Assembly (NCBI RefSeq): GCF_000260965.1
Contig: NC_017856.1
Span: forward strand, 1,830,001-1,862,000
Length of the DNA: 32,000 bases
Direction: 5' to 3'
Source of the DNA: Methylophaga frappieri
GTDB taxonomy: Bacteria; Pseudomonadota; Gammaproteobacteria; Nitrosococcales; Methylophagaceae
Translations under genes and position numbers: made by a program
Part shown: positions 10,173 through 19,093 of the stretch, piece by piece
Layout: every line of letters starts with the position of its first letter
Position numbering within the stretch: the stretch's first letter is position 1
The notes under the pieces: model-generated
What the model was told of the DNA's origin: nothing
Databases searched by the model: none
Seen by the model: the letters and a program-made list of their open reading frames with translations, nothing else

Positions 10173-11423
10173 ATGTTTTCTAAATGGCGCTGGTTGGTGG
10201 TGCAGTTTCTGCACAAAATGTGGGTGAGATCGGCACTCTTTGGCGTGATAGCCATTCTCATCGCATTACTGGCCGTACCACTCGAACATATTATTCAAAA
10301 TCCGCTGCCTTTCAGTATCAGCGCAGAAACTATCATTCGTATTCTCAATATTTTGGCCTCCAGTATGTTGGCCGTCACTACCTTTTCATTGGGCGTCATG
10401 GTATCCGCCTTTGGCAGTGCCAGCTCAGGTATTTCTCCTAGGGCTAACTTACTGCTCAGACAGGATGCCACCTCGCAGAATGTCTTGGCGACTTTTTTGG
10501 GCAGCTTTATTTATAGTCTGGTTGGCATTATTGCGCTTAATACCGACATTTATGGCGAAACCGGACGCCTTATTCTGTTCATCACTACTGTCATCGTGAT
10601 CGTCCTGATTGTGATCGCGTTGTTACGTTGGATCGAACATTTGTCACATCTTGGCCGCATGAGCGAAACCAGTCTGCGGGTTGAACAGGCCACCAGTAAG
10701 GCTCTTTCTGATTGGGTTGCACATCCGGCTCTGGGAGCCAACCCCCTTACTGAGGTAACCATGCCGGTTGATGCCATTGGTATTTTTACTGACCAAACCG
10801 GCTATGTTCAACATGTTGATATGGCATCTTTATCCTGCTTGGCCGAGCAGTATCAAGCAGAAATAATGATCCTTGCTCCGGCCGGCAAATACAGTCATCC
10901 AGCCGCGCCACTCGCCTGGCTAAGTCATTGTCGCGAACCCGACTGTATTGAGTCGATTCGGAATGCCTTCAGCATTGCAGATAAACGTAGTTTTGATCAG
11001 GATCCCCGGTTTGGCTTATCAGTCATGGCAGAAATTGCATCCCGAGCACTGTCACCTGCGGTGAATGATCCTGGCACGGCCATTGACATTATTAGCCGTG
11101 GCGGACGCGTGTTATTGGCATTGGGCAAACAGGATCAAGCGGATCTAACCATCCTTTACCCCCGGTTATCTATGTCAACACTGGCAACTCAGGACTTATT
11201 CGAAGATCTGTTCTTGCCGATCGCCAGAGATGGTGCCGCCGTTTGCCAAGTTGGGATTCGTTTATTGAAAACCCTGGCACTGTTAGCAGAAAACCATCCC
11301 GCCCAATTGACACAATCAGCTCAATATCTCGCTGCACGTGTCTTGGATTACAGTCAGTCTGCCATGATATCAGCGCAAGACTTTGCCCAATTGAAACGTT
11401 TGGTAGAAGAATTAAATTTATGA
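10173..11423 (+). CDS. DUF2254-type membrane protein (N-terminal 4-TM domain plus soluble C-terminal domain)
   Basis: 416 aa with four predicted TM helices in the first ~160 aa. The stretch FSLGVMVSAFGSASSGISPRANLLLRQDATSQNVLATFLGSFIYSL resembles the conserved DUF2254 core as I recall it. AAGGAG lies upstream of the ATG. Confidence 0.6.
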   Translation: MFSKWRWLVVQFLHKMWVRSALFGVIAILIALLAVPLEHIIQNPLPFSISAETIIRILNILASSMLAVTTFSLGVMVSAFGSASSGISPRANLLLRQDATSQNVLATFLGSFIYSLVGIIALNTDIYGETGRLILFITTVIVIVLIVIALLRWIEHLSHLGRMSETSLRVEQATSKALSDWVAHPALGANPLTEVTMPVDAIGIFTDQTGYVQHVDMASLSCLAEQYQAEIMILAPAGKYSHPAAPLAWLSHCREPDCIESIRNAFSIADKRSFDQDPRFGLSVMAEIASRALSPAVNDPGTAIDIISRGGRVLLALGKQDQADLTILYPRLSMSTLATQDLFEDLFLPIARDGAAVCQVGIRLLKTLALLAENHPAQLTQSAQYLAARVLDYSQSAMISAQDFAQLKRLVEELNL

Positions 11424-11530
11424 ATTTATTTGTATTTTCCAGTGCCAAGGACCCTGCGTATTACCCATCCCTTGTCGCCTAAATAATCGGCCTGTTCATC
11501 TCTGTCACCAAACAGCTTTATCTTTTAACT

Positions 11531-11549
11531 GATAATAATTATCATTAAC
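11531..11549. promoter_or_regulatory. Fur box upstream of the AraC-family regulator
   Basis: GATAATAATTATCATTAAC matches the 19-bp Fur consensus GATAATGATAATCATTATC at 16 of 19 positions. It sits 55-75 nt upstream of the likely start of the regulator gene. Confidence 0.7.
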
Positions 11550-11604
11550 ATCAGTTAACATCTACCTTATGACCACGCCCGCGTCACAAGCCACGCAGGA
11601 GAAG

Positions 11605-12558
11605 ATGATGAGCATCGCCGCCAACAACTGGACAAGTAACCGCACGTTTTCTTATCAACCTTGTAAGGGGCTGCTATTTGGCGGATTCGATATGATTTAT
11701 GCGGCTGATGCCCATATCAAGTCGATGCAGTTACCGGGTTTATTTATCGGCTTGATGCTGTCTGGCCAGTCAAATTCGATTCAAAGTGGCCACCACCACC
11801 GTATCCAGATTCCCGTAGGTCGGCCCATTATTGTCAGTTTCTCAGAACCGACCCTGTGCACCAACACCTATCGCTCAGGTGAGTTTTGTGCCGGTGTGGG
11901 TCTGCATATTGAATTTGATGCTTTACCTGCCGAACTGGGACACAGCCTCAATGCTTCCATCGCTTTCCTGAAAAGACACTTTATGGGTAAAGCAGATTTA
12001 ACGGTACTGCCGGTCTTGCCGGCACTGAACGCCTTGGTCGAGCAGGCACTGCAAATTCCTCAGGACACCCCTTTTCGTGAACTTGAACTGGAAGCCGTGC
12101 TGATGAACTTTATGGCTTACATTTGTCGCGCTGTAGAGCAGGTAAGACAACATGACGGTATTCGGGGAAACCTGCAACAAAGAGAACGAAACCGCGTAAA
12201 ACGCGTGACCGAATATCTACAAAACAATCTCGATCACACCCCCTCTCTCACCGAACTATCACAAATCGCAGGGGTGAACCCCAGCACGTTGGCTGATAAC
12301 TTCAAAGCCGCTTATGGCCAGACTATTTTTGCTTTTTTTCGCGATCTGCGGCTGGATACGGCGCGGCGAATTCTGAGATGTGAGGGCGTGTCAGTGACTG
12401 AAACCGGACTGCGGGTTGGGTTTTCAAATCCCGCCGCTTTCGCAACGGCTTACCGGCGCCGGTTTGGACATTCTCCCAGTCAAGAAATCGAAGATAAACC
12501 TGATTTTGACAAAAGAAAACCCTATCACGCAAAGGCTGCCTCTCAAGCCACTCGATAG
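11605..12558 (+). CDS. AraC-family transcriptional regulator (PchR-like siderophore-responsive type inferred from context)
   Basis: The C-terminal double HTH reads LTELSQIAGVNPSTLADNFKAAYGQTIFAFFRDLRLDTARRIL ... TETGLRVGFSNPAAFATAYRRRFGHSPSQ. The start is uncertain. AGGAG at 11597-11601 favours ATG 11605 or 11608 over the ORF-track start 11569, which lies only 20 nt from the Fur box. Confidence 0.85.
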   Translation: MMSIAANNWTSNRTFSYQPCKGLLFGGFDMIYAADAHIKSMQLPGLFIGLMLSGQSNSIQSGHHHRIQIPVGRPIIVSFSEPTLCTNTYRSGEFCAGVGLHIEFDALPAELGHSLNASIAFLKRHFMGKADLTVLPVLPALNALVEQALQIPQDTPFRELELEAVLMNFMAYICRAVEQVRQHDGIRGNLQQRERNRVKRVTEYLQNNLDHTPSLTELSQIAGVNPSTLADNFKAAYGQTIFAFFRDLRLDTARRILRCEGVSVTETGLRVGFSNPAAFATAYRRRFGHSPSQEIEDKPDFDKRKPYHAKAASQATR

Positions 12559-12591
12559 ACTGTCGGGACCCACTTGTTATGAGGAACACCA

Positions 12592-14733
12592 ATGTCTCGC
12601 CAGTCGATTTTTCCTGTTCTCATTCTGTCTTCGATGGCCTTACCTGGACCGATCGCGGCTCAGAATAACCAAATAAAACTGCCCCCCATTGAAGTTAATG
12701 CGGACCGACGCGGCGAAGATCTTCAAGAACAACCACGCGCTGTCACCGTTCTGAAAAAACCTGATTTAGAAACCACGCCCACCGAACCAGGCGCAGGCAT
12801 CGCACTGCATTCACCCGGTCTGACCTTTTCCGGTTTTGGACAACCCGGCACCGACTTTCTCAATATTCGCGGTGTTGGGCCATTGGGTTACCCATTAAGT
12901 GCAACCGACCATATTGTTGCTTACTCAGTTAACGAAGTACCCACCTCTGGCTTCGGCTTTCCTGCCAGTATTTTCGACATGGAACAAGTCGAAGTATTTC
13001 GTGGACCACAGGGAACACTGTTTGGACGAAATGCACTGGCAGGCGGCATTAACTTTGTGCCACACGCCGCTGATGGTGACGCTGAGAAACGGCTGACTGT
13101 CGAAGCAGGTACCGATGGTCACCGGACGGCTGACTTTGTTGCTGGTGACTGGTTGTTGCCAGATCGGCTTGCTGCCCGGGTTGCGCTTCGTTATCAGGAT
13201 TTTGATGGCGATGTGTCGAATACGATTGCCAACGGCACTGAAGGCGGGGCTTCGTTATCTGCCGCCAGGCTTTCTTTGACCGCCTTCACGGATTCCGGCT
13301 GGGATATATCAACAATGCTGCAGGCGGATAGACGTAAGAGTCATAACTCCTATTTGCTGTATTACGAACACCCGAATTTTCCGGAAAGCGGCGATGATCG
13401 GATACCAGAACACAGACGCGAAAATCATCAAGCCATCTTCAAAGCAGAAAAACAGTTTAATGCGGTTCGCTTTACCTCGCTGACCGGGTTACAACAACAA
13501 GATATCGACGGTGATGTCGGCGCATCCGATGCGTATTTGTATTCTGCATTAACGGGGCTGCCGGAAAATCTTTTCACTGATCAGACAACAGATTACTTTT
13601 TAACTGAAGAACGCGAAACCATCTTTAGTCAGGAATTCCGGCTGGCATCCGATGACAACGCAGATTTTTCCTGGGTTGTCGGGGCGAATTATTTTCAATC
13701 TGATTACCGTGGTGAGCGTGATGCCAAAAGTGCCACGCAACCCGCCTCTAATGGGGTAACGGATGTTGATATTGATACCCAATCCTGGTCACTGTTTGCT
13801 GATGCTACCTGGTCAATGACTGACCGCCTCAGGCTGTCTGCCGGCATTCGTTATGGTTGGGAATCACAGGAAGTGGATGGCCGGTACCTCTCCAATGGCT
13901 TTGCCGGCACCGTACCGACCTTTACCCAATCCGATGACATTGAAGATCATTACACGACGGGCCGTTTAGGGTTATCGTTTGATCTGACTGAGACCACAAC
14001 CGCTTACCTTTCCTGGTCAAGAGGTTACACAGCAGGCGGCTATGAGAAACTGCTGGTCGGCTCTGCTACGGGCATTAAAACTGATCCTTTTAAAGCCGCA
14101 ACCAATAATACGTGGGAAACTGGACTGAAGTTTGTTTCTGCTGATGAGCGACTGAAACTCAACGCTGCGCTATTCCATAATGACGTCAAAAATGGCCAGA
14201 TGTTTGACTTTGAATTCAGAGAAGGGCTGGTTTACTACACCTTCACCAATCAAGATTACCGTTCTTATGGTCTGGAACTCGATGGCGTCTATCAGGCAAC
14301 CGATGACCTGCAACTCCGTGGCTCGCTGACCCTGCTTGATAGTGAAATGCGCTCCGTTTCGACGACCACCAATACCGGTGCGCGCAATGGCAATGAGGTA
14401 CCGTTAACGCCGGCGGTGTCAGCCACTTTTGGCTTTGATTACCAAATGCCAATCATCAATGTGAATCTGTTCGATGCCATCGTGCTATCCGCTGACTGGT
14501 CGTATGTCGGTAAGCGAGAAGGCGATATTGGTAATAACTTCAAACTGCCAGAACACGATATTGTTAATGCCCGGATTGCTTGGCGTAAAGGCAATAGCTC
14601 ACTGTACGTCTTTGGACATAACCTACTGGATGAGCGCCCCGTGCATTTTGCCTCAGAATACACGCCAGATATTCACACCGCCTCAGTTGGCACCGGCAAA
14701 ATTGTCGGGCTAGGATTGAGTATCGCTTTCTAA
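12592..14733 (+). CDS. TonB-dependent outer-membrane (siderophore) receptor
   Basis: 713 aa with a signal peptide ending PIAAQ. The plug-domain motif is VEVFRGPQGTLFGRNALAGGINF, followed by a long beta-barrel region ending in a terminal F (LSIAF). GAGGAA lies upstream of the ATG. Confidence 0.9.
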   Translation: MSRQSIFPVLILSSMALPGPIAAQNNQIKLPPIEVNADRRGEDLQEQPRAVTVLKKPDLETTPTEPGAGIALHSPGLTFSGFGQPGTDFLNIRGVGPLGYPLSATDHIVAYSVNEVPTSGFGFPASIFDMEQVEVFRGPQGTLFGRNALAGGINFVPHAADGDAEKRLTVEAGTDGHRTADFVAGDWLLPDRLAARVALRYQDFDGDVSNTIANGTEGGASLSAARLSLTAFTDSGWDISTMLQADRRKSHNSYLLYYEHPNFPESGDDRIPEHRRENHQAIFKAEKQFNAVRFTSLTGLQQQDIDGDVGASDAYLYSALTGLPENLFTDQTTDYFLTEERETIFSQEFRLASDDNADFSWVVGANYFQSDYRGERDAKSATQPASNGVTDVDIDTQSWSLFADATWSMTDRLRLSAGIRYGWESQEVDGRYLSNGFAGTVPTFTQSDDIEDHYTTGRLGLSFDLTETTTAYLSWSRGYTAGGYEKLLVGSATGIKTDPFKAATNNTWETGLKFVSADERLKLNAALFHNDVKNGQMFDFEFREGLVYYTFTNQDYRSYGLELDGVYQATDDLQLRGSLTLLDSEMRSVSTTTNTGARNGNEVPLTPAVSATFGFDYQMPIINVNLFDAIVLSADWSYVGKREGDIGNNFKLPEHDIVNARIAWRKGNSSLYVFGHNLLDERPVHFASEYTPDIHTASVGTGKIVGLGLSIAF

Positions 14734-14734
14734 G

Positions 14735-15919
14735 ATGTTAGCAAGCAGCACGCTTGGCATCCTGTTATTGGCAACCATTATCGGTCTGCAGGGTGCCTTC
14801 TTCACGATTGCCGTACCGGCACAACTCCGTGATGGCGGCGCGTCACTGATTGAAATTGGCTTAATCTGGATCGTCTGGCTACCATCAGCATTTAAATGGT
14901 TGTGGGCCCCCTGGTTTGAGAAAATGGCCGTGCCCGCCGCCATACGAACCAAAGCAATCACTATTCTGGCATTACTGTTGGCCTTGAGCTTTCTCCCGGT
15001 TGCCATGCTAACCGAGCAGGCAGCAGCGGGACCAATCGTTGCTCTGGCCGCGTGGTGTGCCTTGCTGGCATTAATGCTGCAATTGCTGTACGCAGGCTGG
15101 GCAATACGCACCTTGGATGAAAAAAATCGTGCCCGGGTCAATGGCTATGCAGCGGCCGGGATGGTTTTAGGCGGCATCTTCGGTGGCGGTATATTGCCAT
15201 GGTCCGCCACCTTGCTTGACTGGTGGCCTGTCATCTTGTTAACCAGTATTGCTATGGCTATAAGCGGCCTTAGCGGTAAATTACTACGTGATGGGCCTCA
15301 GATACGCGTAGCGCAACAAGTTACTTTTCTGCATGGCGCTCGGGTACTGGGCGATCGGTCATTGATTATCAGTTTGTTACTGATTGCCGCTGCCAGTGGC
15401 GCAGATGTCTTATTGCCAGCCCGACTGGTCGATACCGGCATGTCACCCGTTCAGTCAGGCCTATTACTCGGCAGCTTGGCAATGGCACTGATAGTGCCCG
15501 CCTCGCTGGCCTCAGGCTGGTTGATTGCCCGATTTGGCCTGAAACGCTGTTTCCTGGTTTGCGCTATTCTGAAAGGCCTGGTGCTGCTGACCTTGGCGCT
15601 GATGCCAATGATGGCTCAGCTTGAAGTCAGTCTGCTGTCAATTAGCGACTTTATTTTGGCAGGCGTATTTACCGTTTTGACTTGGCAGTTATACATGCAA
15701 CGGGCTTTACCTGAAGCACCCGTTTCATCCTATGCGGCCTTAACCTCGTTGGATGCCGTTATTCGCTTCACTGCGGCCCTTGCCGCTGGCATGTTGGCTG
15801 AGCTCAGCAGTTATGCGACGTTGTTTGTCTTGACGGCATTTCTAACGCTGGCTGCTGGCATCAGCGTCTGCTTCACCCGTTTCGTCCCGACTATCACGCC
15901 CCATGAAACTCAAGCGTAA
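14735..15919 (+). CDS. MFS permease, RhtX/FptX (AmpG-like) siderophore transporter family
   Basis: 394 aa and polytopic. The N-terminal pattern LRDGGASLIEIGLIWIVWLPSAFKWLWAPWFE matches the AmpG/RhtX/FptX signature. It starts 1 nt after the receptor stop. Confidence 0.75.
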   Translation: MLASSTLGILLLATIIGLQGAFFTIAVPAQLRDGGASLIEIGLIWIVWLPSAFKWLWAPWFEKMAVPAAIRTKAITILALLLALSFLPVAMLTEQAAAGPIVALAAWCALLALMLQLLYAGWAIRTLDEKNRARVNGYAAAGMVLGGIFGGGILPWSATLLDWWPVILLTSIAMAISGLSGKLLRDGPQIRVAQQVTFLHGARVLGDRSLIISLLLIAAASGADVLLPARLVDTGMSPVQSGLLLGSLAMALIVPASLASGWLIARFGLKRCFLVCAILKGLVLLTLALMPMMAQLEVSLLSISDFILAGVFTVLTWQLYMQRALPEAPVSSYAALTSLDAVIRFTAALAAGMLAELSSYATLFVLTAFLTLAAGISVCFTRFVPTITPHETQA

Positions 15920-15975
15920 AGCGCTTGATACCGGTCATGTCGGTTTTTTATCAACGCCTTGTCGAGAATCAGCTC

Positions 15976-17181
15976 ATGTCAGAAACCAGCATCACCTTGA
16001 ATAAAAGACATCAACCAAATTCAGTGGCCAGCGGCTTTGAGCCCGTTCAGGAAGCCTTTCAACAGATGCAGGCACATCCTGATGAACTCGGCAGTGCACT
16101 TTGTATCTACCATCAGGGGCAAGTCGTTGTTGATTTGTGGGCAGGTCATACCTCACCTGGCCGGAAACAGGCATGGCAACAGAATACGGTGGTGAGTCTC
16201 TTTTCGGCAGGTAAGGCATTAACGGCACTTTGCCTGCTACACATTATTGATCGCGGCCTCGCCAACCTGGATGACCCTGTCGTTAAATACTGGCCGGGGT
16301 TCGCACTGACAGATACTGCAGCCAAATCTCAAGTCACACTCAATCATTTATTACATCACCGTGCTGGCCTGCCCACAGCCAGCACAAACCGGCCCGGTGA
16401 TGTCTACGATTGGCAGCGGATGGTATCGGCTATGGAGAAAGCGCCTTTGTTATGGCCTGCAGGCAAAGTGACCGCTTACCATGCGGTGACCTTTGGCCAT
16501 CTAGTTGGTGAAGTAATACGGCGTATTTCTGGGCAAATGCCAGCGGATTACTTTGCTGAGCATTTCGCCCGGACTTTGCAGATTGACCTGTCACTGCGAT
16601 TGCTTGAAGAACAGCGACCTGTTTTAGCCTCTTGCGATGGCTACAACTGGAAAGTGAAGTTGCGATTGGCGCTTTTCTCTCACCTCTTGTCTCGGTCTGG
16701 TGGTTGGCAGTCGAACTATTTTCGACCTTGCAGCAAGGATTACCATCCAAACAGTGCTCGTTGGCAAAATACTGAAGCGCCGGCGATTACCAGTTTCGGT
16801 AGTGCCAGAGGCTTGGCCCGCATTTACGCTATGTTGTCACAAGGCGGCCGCTTGAATGGTGTACAGGTTTTATCTGAGGCGATAGTTGAGCGTATTGCTA
16901 ATGAGAAACCTCAACCAGTGAAAGATGAAGGGATTCAGCAGGATGTCCGGGTTGGCATGGGACTGTATTTCAACCTGGCCCCCATGGCCGATTTGGGGCC
17001 TAACCCCAATAGTTTTGGTCATGTCGGCATGGGCGGCGTTACCGCTTTTGCAGACCCTGATCATCAAATTGGCTTTGGTTACGTTTGTAATCATCTTTAC
17101 CAACCTCATGGCAAAGAGAAGACAATCATCGGCAATCGTGCTGCTGATTTAGCCAAGGTTTTCTATGACTGCCTGGAATAA
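15976..17181 (+). CDS. Beta-lactamase-fold serine hydrolase (class C / esterase EstB-like), apparently cytoplasmic
   Basis: An S-x-x-K nucleophile motif (SLFSAGKALTA) is present, no signal peptide is evident, and the length fits the family. The start is uncertain: in-frame TTG 15925, ATG 15937 and ATG 15976 are all possible. ATG 15976 puts the nucleophile Ser near residue 77, as in EstB-type esterases. Confidence 0.78.
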   Translation: MSETSITLNKRHQPNSVASGFEPVQEAFQQMQAHPDELGSALCIYHQGQVVVDLWAGHTSPGRKQAWQQNTVVSLFSAGKALTALCLLHIIDRGLANLDDPVVKYWPGFALTDTAAKSQVTLNHLLHHRAGLPTASTNRPGDVYDWQRMVSAMEKAPLLWPAGKVTAYHAVTFGHLVGEVIRRISGQMPADYFAEHFARTLQIDLSLRLLEEQRPVLASCDGYNWKVKLRLALFSHLLSRSGGWQSNYFRPCSKDYHPNSARWQNTEAPAITSFGSARGLARIYAMLSQGGRLNGVQVLSEAIVERIANEKPQPVKDEGIQQDVRVGMGLYFNLAPMADLGPNPNSFGHVGMGGVTAFADPDHQIGFGYVCNHLYQPHGKEKTIIGNRAADLAKVFYDCLE

Positions 17182-17189
17182 GCCCATTG

Positions 17190-17224
17190 TGACAAAGGTC
17201 AGGTCACGGTTGGCTTTGTCATTT
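17190..17224 (+). terminator. Weak terminator-like hairpin after the hydrolase gene
   Basis: An 8-bp stem pairs TGACAAAG (17190-17197) with CTTTGTCA (17214-17221). The loop is 16 nt and only three Ts follow. Confidence 0.3.
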
Positions 17225-17266
17225 AGCCTTTCACCAAGCTCCTTGCCACAAAATGTGCAATATGAA

Positions 17267-17295
17267 TTTACAGCCCTGCTTTTTTTGATTATAGT
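17267..17295 (+). promoter_or_regulatory. Sigma-70-type promoter of the TetR-RND operon
   Basis: The -35 is TTTACA (17267-17272), the spacer is exactly 17 nt, and the -10 is TATAGT (17290-17295). It lies about 30 nt upstream of the TetR start. Confidence 0.6.
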
Positions 17296-17314
17296 GAATG
17301 AACGTTCATTCACT
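17293..17314. promoter_or_regulatory. Perfect 22-bp palindromic operator (probable TetR binding site)
   Basis: AGTGAATGAAC|GTTCATTCACT is a perfect inverted repeat. It overlaps the -10 hexamer and the predicted transcription start, immediately upstream of the TetR gene. Confidence 0.7.
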
Positions 17315-17325
17315 CCCAATAAACC

Positions 17326-17934
17326 ATGGCAATGTCCCTGCTTAACATAGACAAACGCGAAGCGATTCTGAACGCGACATTGGAGTTACTCTCCTGTTGC
17401 GGGTTTCATGGTTTTTCTATCAAGCAACTTGCTGCCAAAGCGAATGTCGCGACGGGGACGGTGTATCTTTATTTCGAAGACCGGGATACGCTGATAAGAG
17501 AATTGCATCGCACGATCATGCAACGCTTTGCCAAGGCGATTTTTACTGATCACGACCCCCATCAAAACTTGGCCAGTCAACATCATCGACTTTGTTGTAA
17601 CCTCTGGCATTTTTTGATTGAGAACCCGACTATCCTGTTAAGCAAGGTGCAGTTCGATCATCTCCCACCCGATGTCCTCCGCAGTCATCGTGATGAAGCG
17701 TGGAGTTTGTTACAGCCGTTAACCGCCCTTTTTGAAGTAGGACGCGTTCAAGGCACGATTAAAAACTTGCCAGATGATGTGTTAGCGGGACTGAGCTTTG
17801 AACCACTTGTCTATCTTGCTCGTCAACATGCCATAGGTGTGATTGAAATTGAACCTGATAATTTACATGAACTGGTTCATGCCTCTTGGGATGCCATTGC
17901 CAAACGACAGTCTGTTGCAGAGGAGATTTTATGA
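17326..17934 (+). CDS. TetR/AcrR-family transcriptional repressor
   Basis: 202 aa. The N-terminal HTH is FHGFSIKQLAAKANVATGTVYLYFEDRDTL. An ATGA overlap joins it to the following efflux adaptor gene. Confidence 0.9.
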   Translation: MAMSLLNIDKREAILNATLELLSCCGFHGFSIKQLAAKANVATGTVYLYFEDRDTLIRELHRTIMQRFAKAIFTDHDPHQNLASQHHRLCCNLWHFLIENPTILLSKVQFDHLPPDVLRSHRDEAWSLLQPLTALFEVGRVQGTIKNLPDDVLAGLSFEPLVYLARQHAIGVIEIEPDNLHELVHASWDAIAKRQSVAEEIL

Positions 17935-19091
17935 CCAGCCAGTCAAACTTGCTTTACCGGTTCATACCCCTGTTATTCGCCTTTGGCTTGTTGAGTGCCT
18001 GTTTGTCTGAACAAGATCAACAGCAAAATACTGGCGCAGCGCAACAAAAAATGGCCGTCAATGTCGTGATGGTGGAAAACACGACTGTCCAGCTGACAAC
18101 CCAATTACCCGCCAGAACCACCGCAATTCGGCGGGCTGAGGTCCGGCCACAGGTCGATGGCATCATTGAGAAACGTTTATTTACTGAAGGTGCTCACGTC
18201 AAAGCCGGTGAGCAGCTTTACCAAATTGAAGCCGCCCCCTATCAAGCTGAAGTCAATAATGCCAAAGCGATTTTGCAGCGCGCCAAAGCCAATGTCAGAG
18301 TGACGGAGCGCCGTCAGGCACGGTATAAAAAACTGCTCGATGATAATGCCATTAGTCAGCAGGAATATGACGAAGCGCTAGCTGCGTTTGAACAGGCACA
18401 AGCAGAAGTAGCCGTCAGCAACGCGGCACTTGATACCGCATTGATTAATCTGCGTTATACCAGTGTTAATGCGCCGATTGAAGGACAGATCGGTATTTCT
18501 CACGTGACCGAAGGGGCACTGGTGACGGCCGGTCAAAGTGATAGTTTGGCTACGATTCACCAACTCGATCCTATCTACGTTGATATTACGCAGGCTTCAC
18601 GCGAATTATTACGACTTCGCCGCGAGTTGATGACCGGTGATTTAGAGAAAAATGGTGAGGTAACCGTCTCGTTAACGCTTGAAGATGACACGGCTTATTC
18701 GCATAAAGGTACGCTGGCCTTTTCGGAAGTCAATGTCAATGAAATGACCGGTAGCATCGTCATGCGGGCTCAATTCCCCAACCCTGATGGGCTGTTATTG
18801 CCAGGCATGTACGTGCGCGCTGAAGTCGATGAAGGTCGGGTTGATGATGCCATTTTAGTGCCCCAAAAAGCCGTGACTTTTGGCCGGGAAGGTCAAGCCT
18901 CTGTTTTCGTGGTGAATGCTGACAATATAGTGGAACTTCACAATGTTCAGATTCGCCGCGATCTTGGTCAAAACTGGCTAATCGAAACCGGATTGAACGT
19001 TGGCGATGCCGTGATTGTAGAAGGCTTACAGAAAATCGGCGTTGGTCTTGAAGTGGAGATCGCCAATAAAACCGAGCAGGAAGGCCGGTAG
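17931..19091 (+). CDS. RND efflux periplasmic adaptor (membrane fusion) lipoprotein, AcrA/MexA family
   Basis: The lipoprotein signal carries the lipobox LLSAC. The motif [13 protein letters not shown] and a coiled-coil hairpin region are present. I prefer ATG 17931 over the TTG at 17886 because it gives a proper signal peptide and ATGA coupling to tetR. Confidence 0.92.
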   Translation: MTSQSNLLYRFIPLLFAFGLLSACLSEQDQQQNTGAAQQKMAVNVVMVENTTVQLTTQLPARTTAIRRAEVRPQVDGIIEKRLFTEGAHVKAGEQLYQIEAAPYQAEVNNAKAILQRAKANVRVTERRQARYKKLLDDNAISQQEYDEALAAFEQAQAEVAVSNAALDTALINLRYTSVNAPIEGQIGISHVTEGALVTAGQSDSLATIHQLDPIYVDITQASRELLRLRRELMTGDLEKNGEVTVSLTLEDDTAYSHKGTLAFSEVNVNEMTGSIVMRAQFPNPDGLLLPGMYVRAEVDEGRVDDAILVPQKAVTFGREGQASVFVVNADNIVELHNVQIRRDLGQNWLIETGLNVGDAVIVEGLQKIGVGLEVEIANKTEQEGR

Positions 19092-19093
19092 CG

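Noticed and set aside
17886-17930. A TTG start at 17886 for the efflux adaptor, overlapping tetR by 49 nt.
   Set aside because: The added residues (MGCHCQTTVCCRGDF) precede a normal lipoprotein signal peptide that starts at ATG 17931. That ATG forms an ATGA coupling with the tetR stop.
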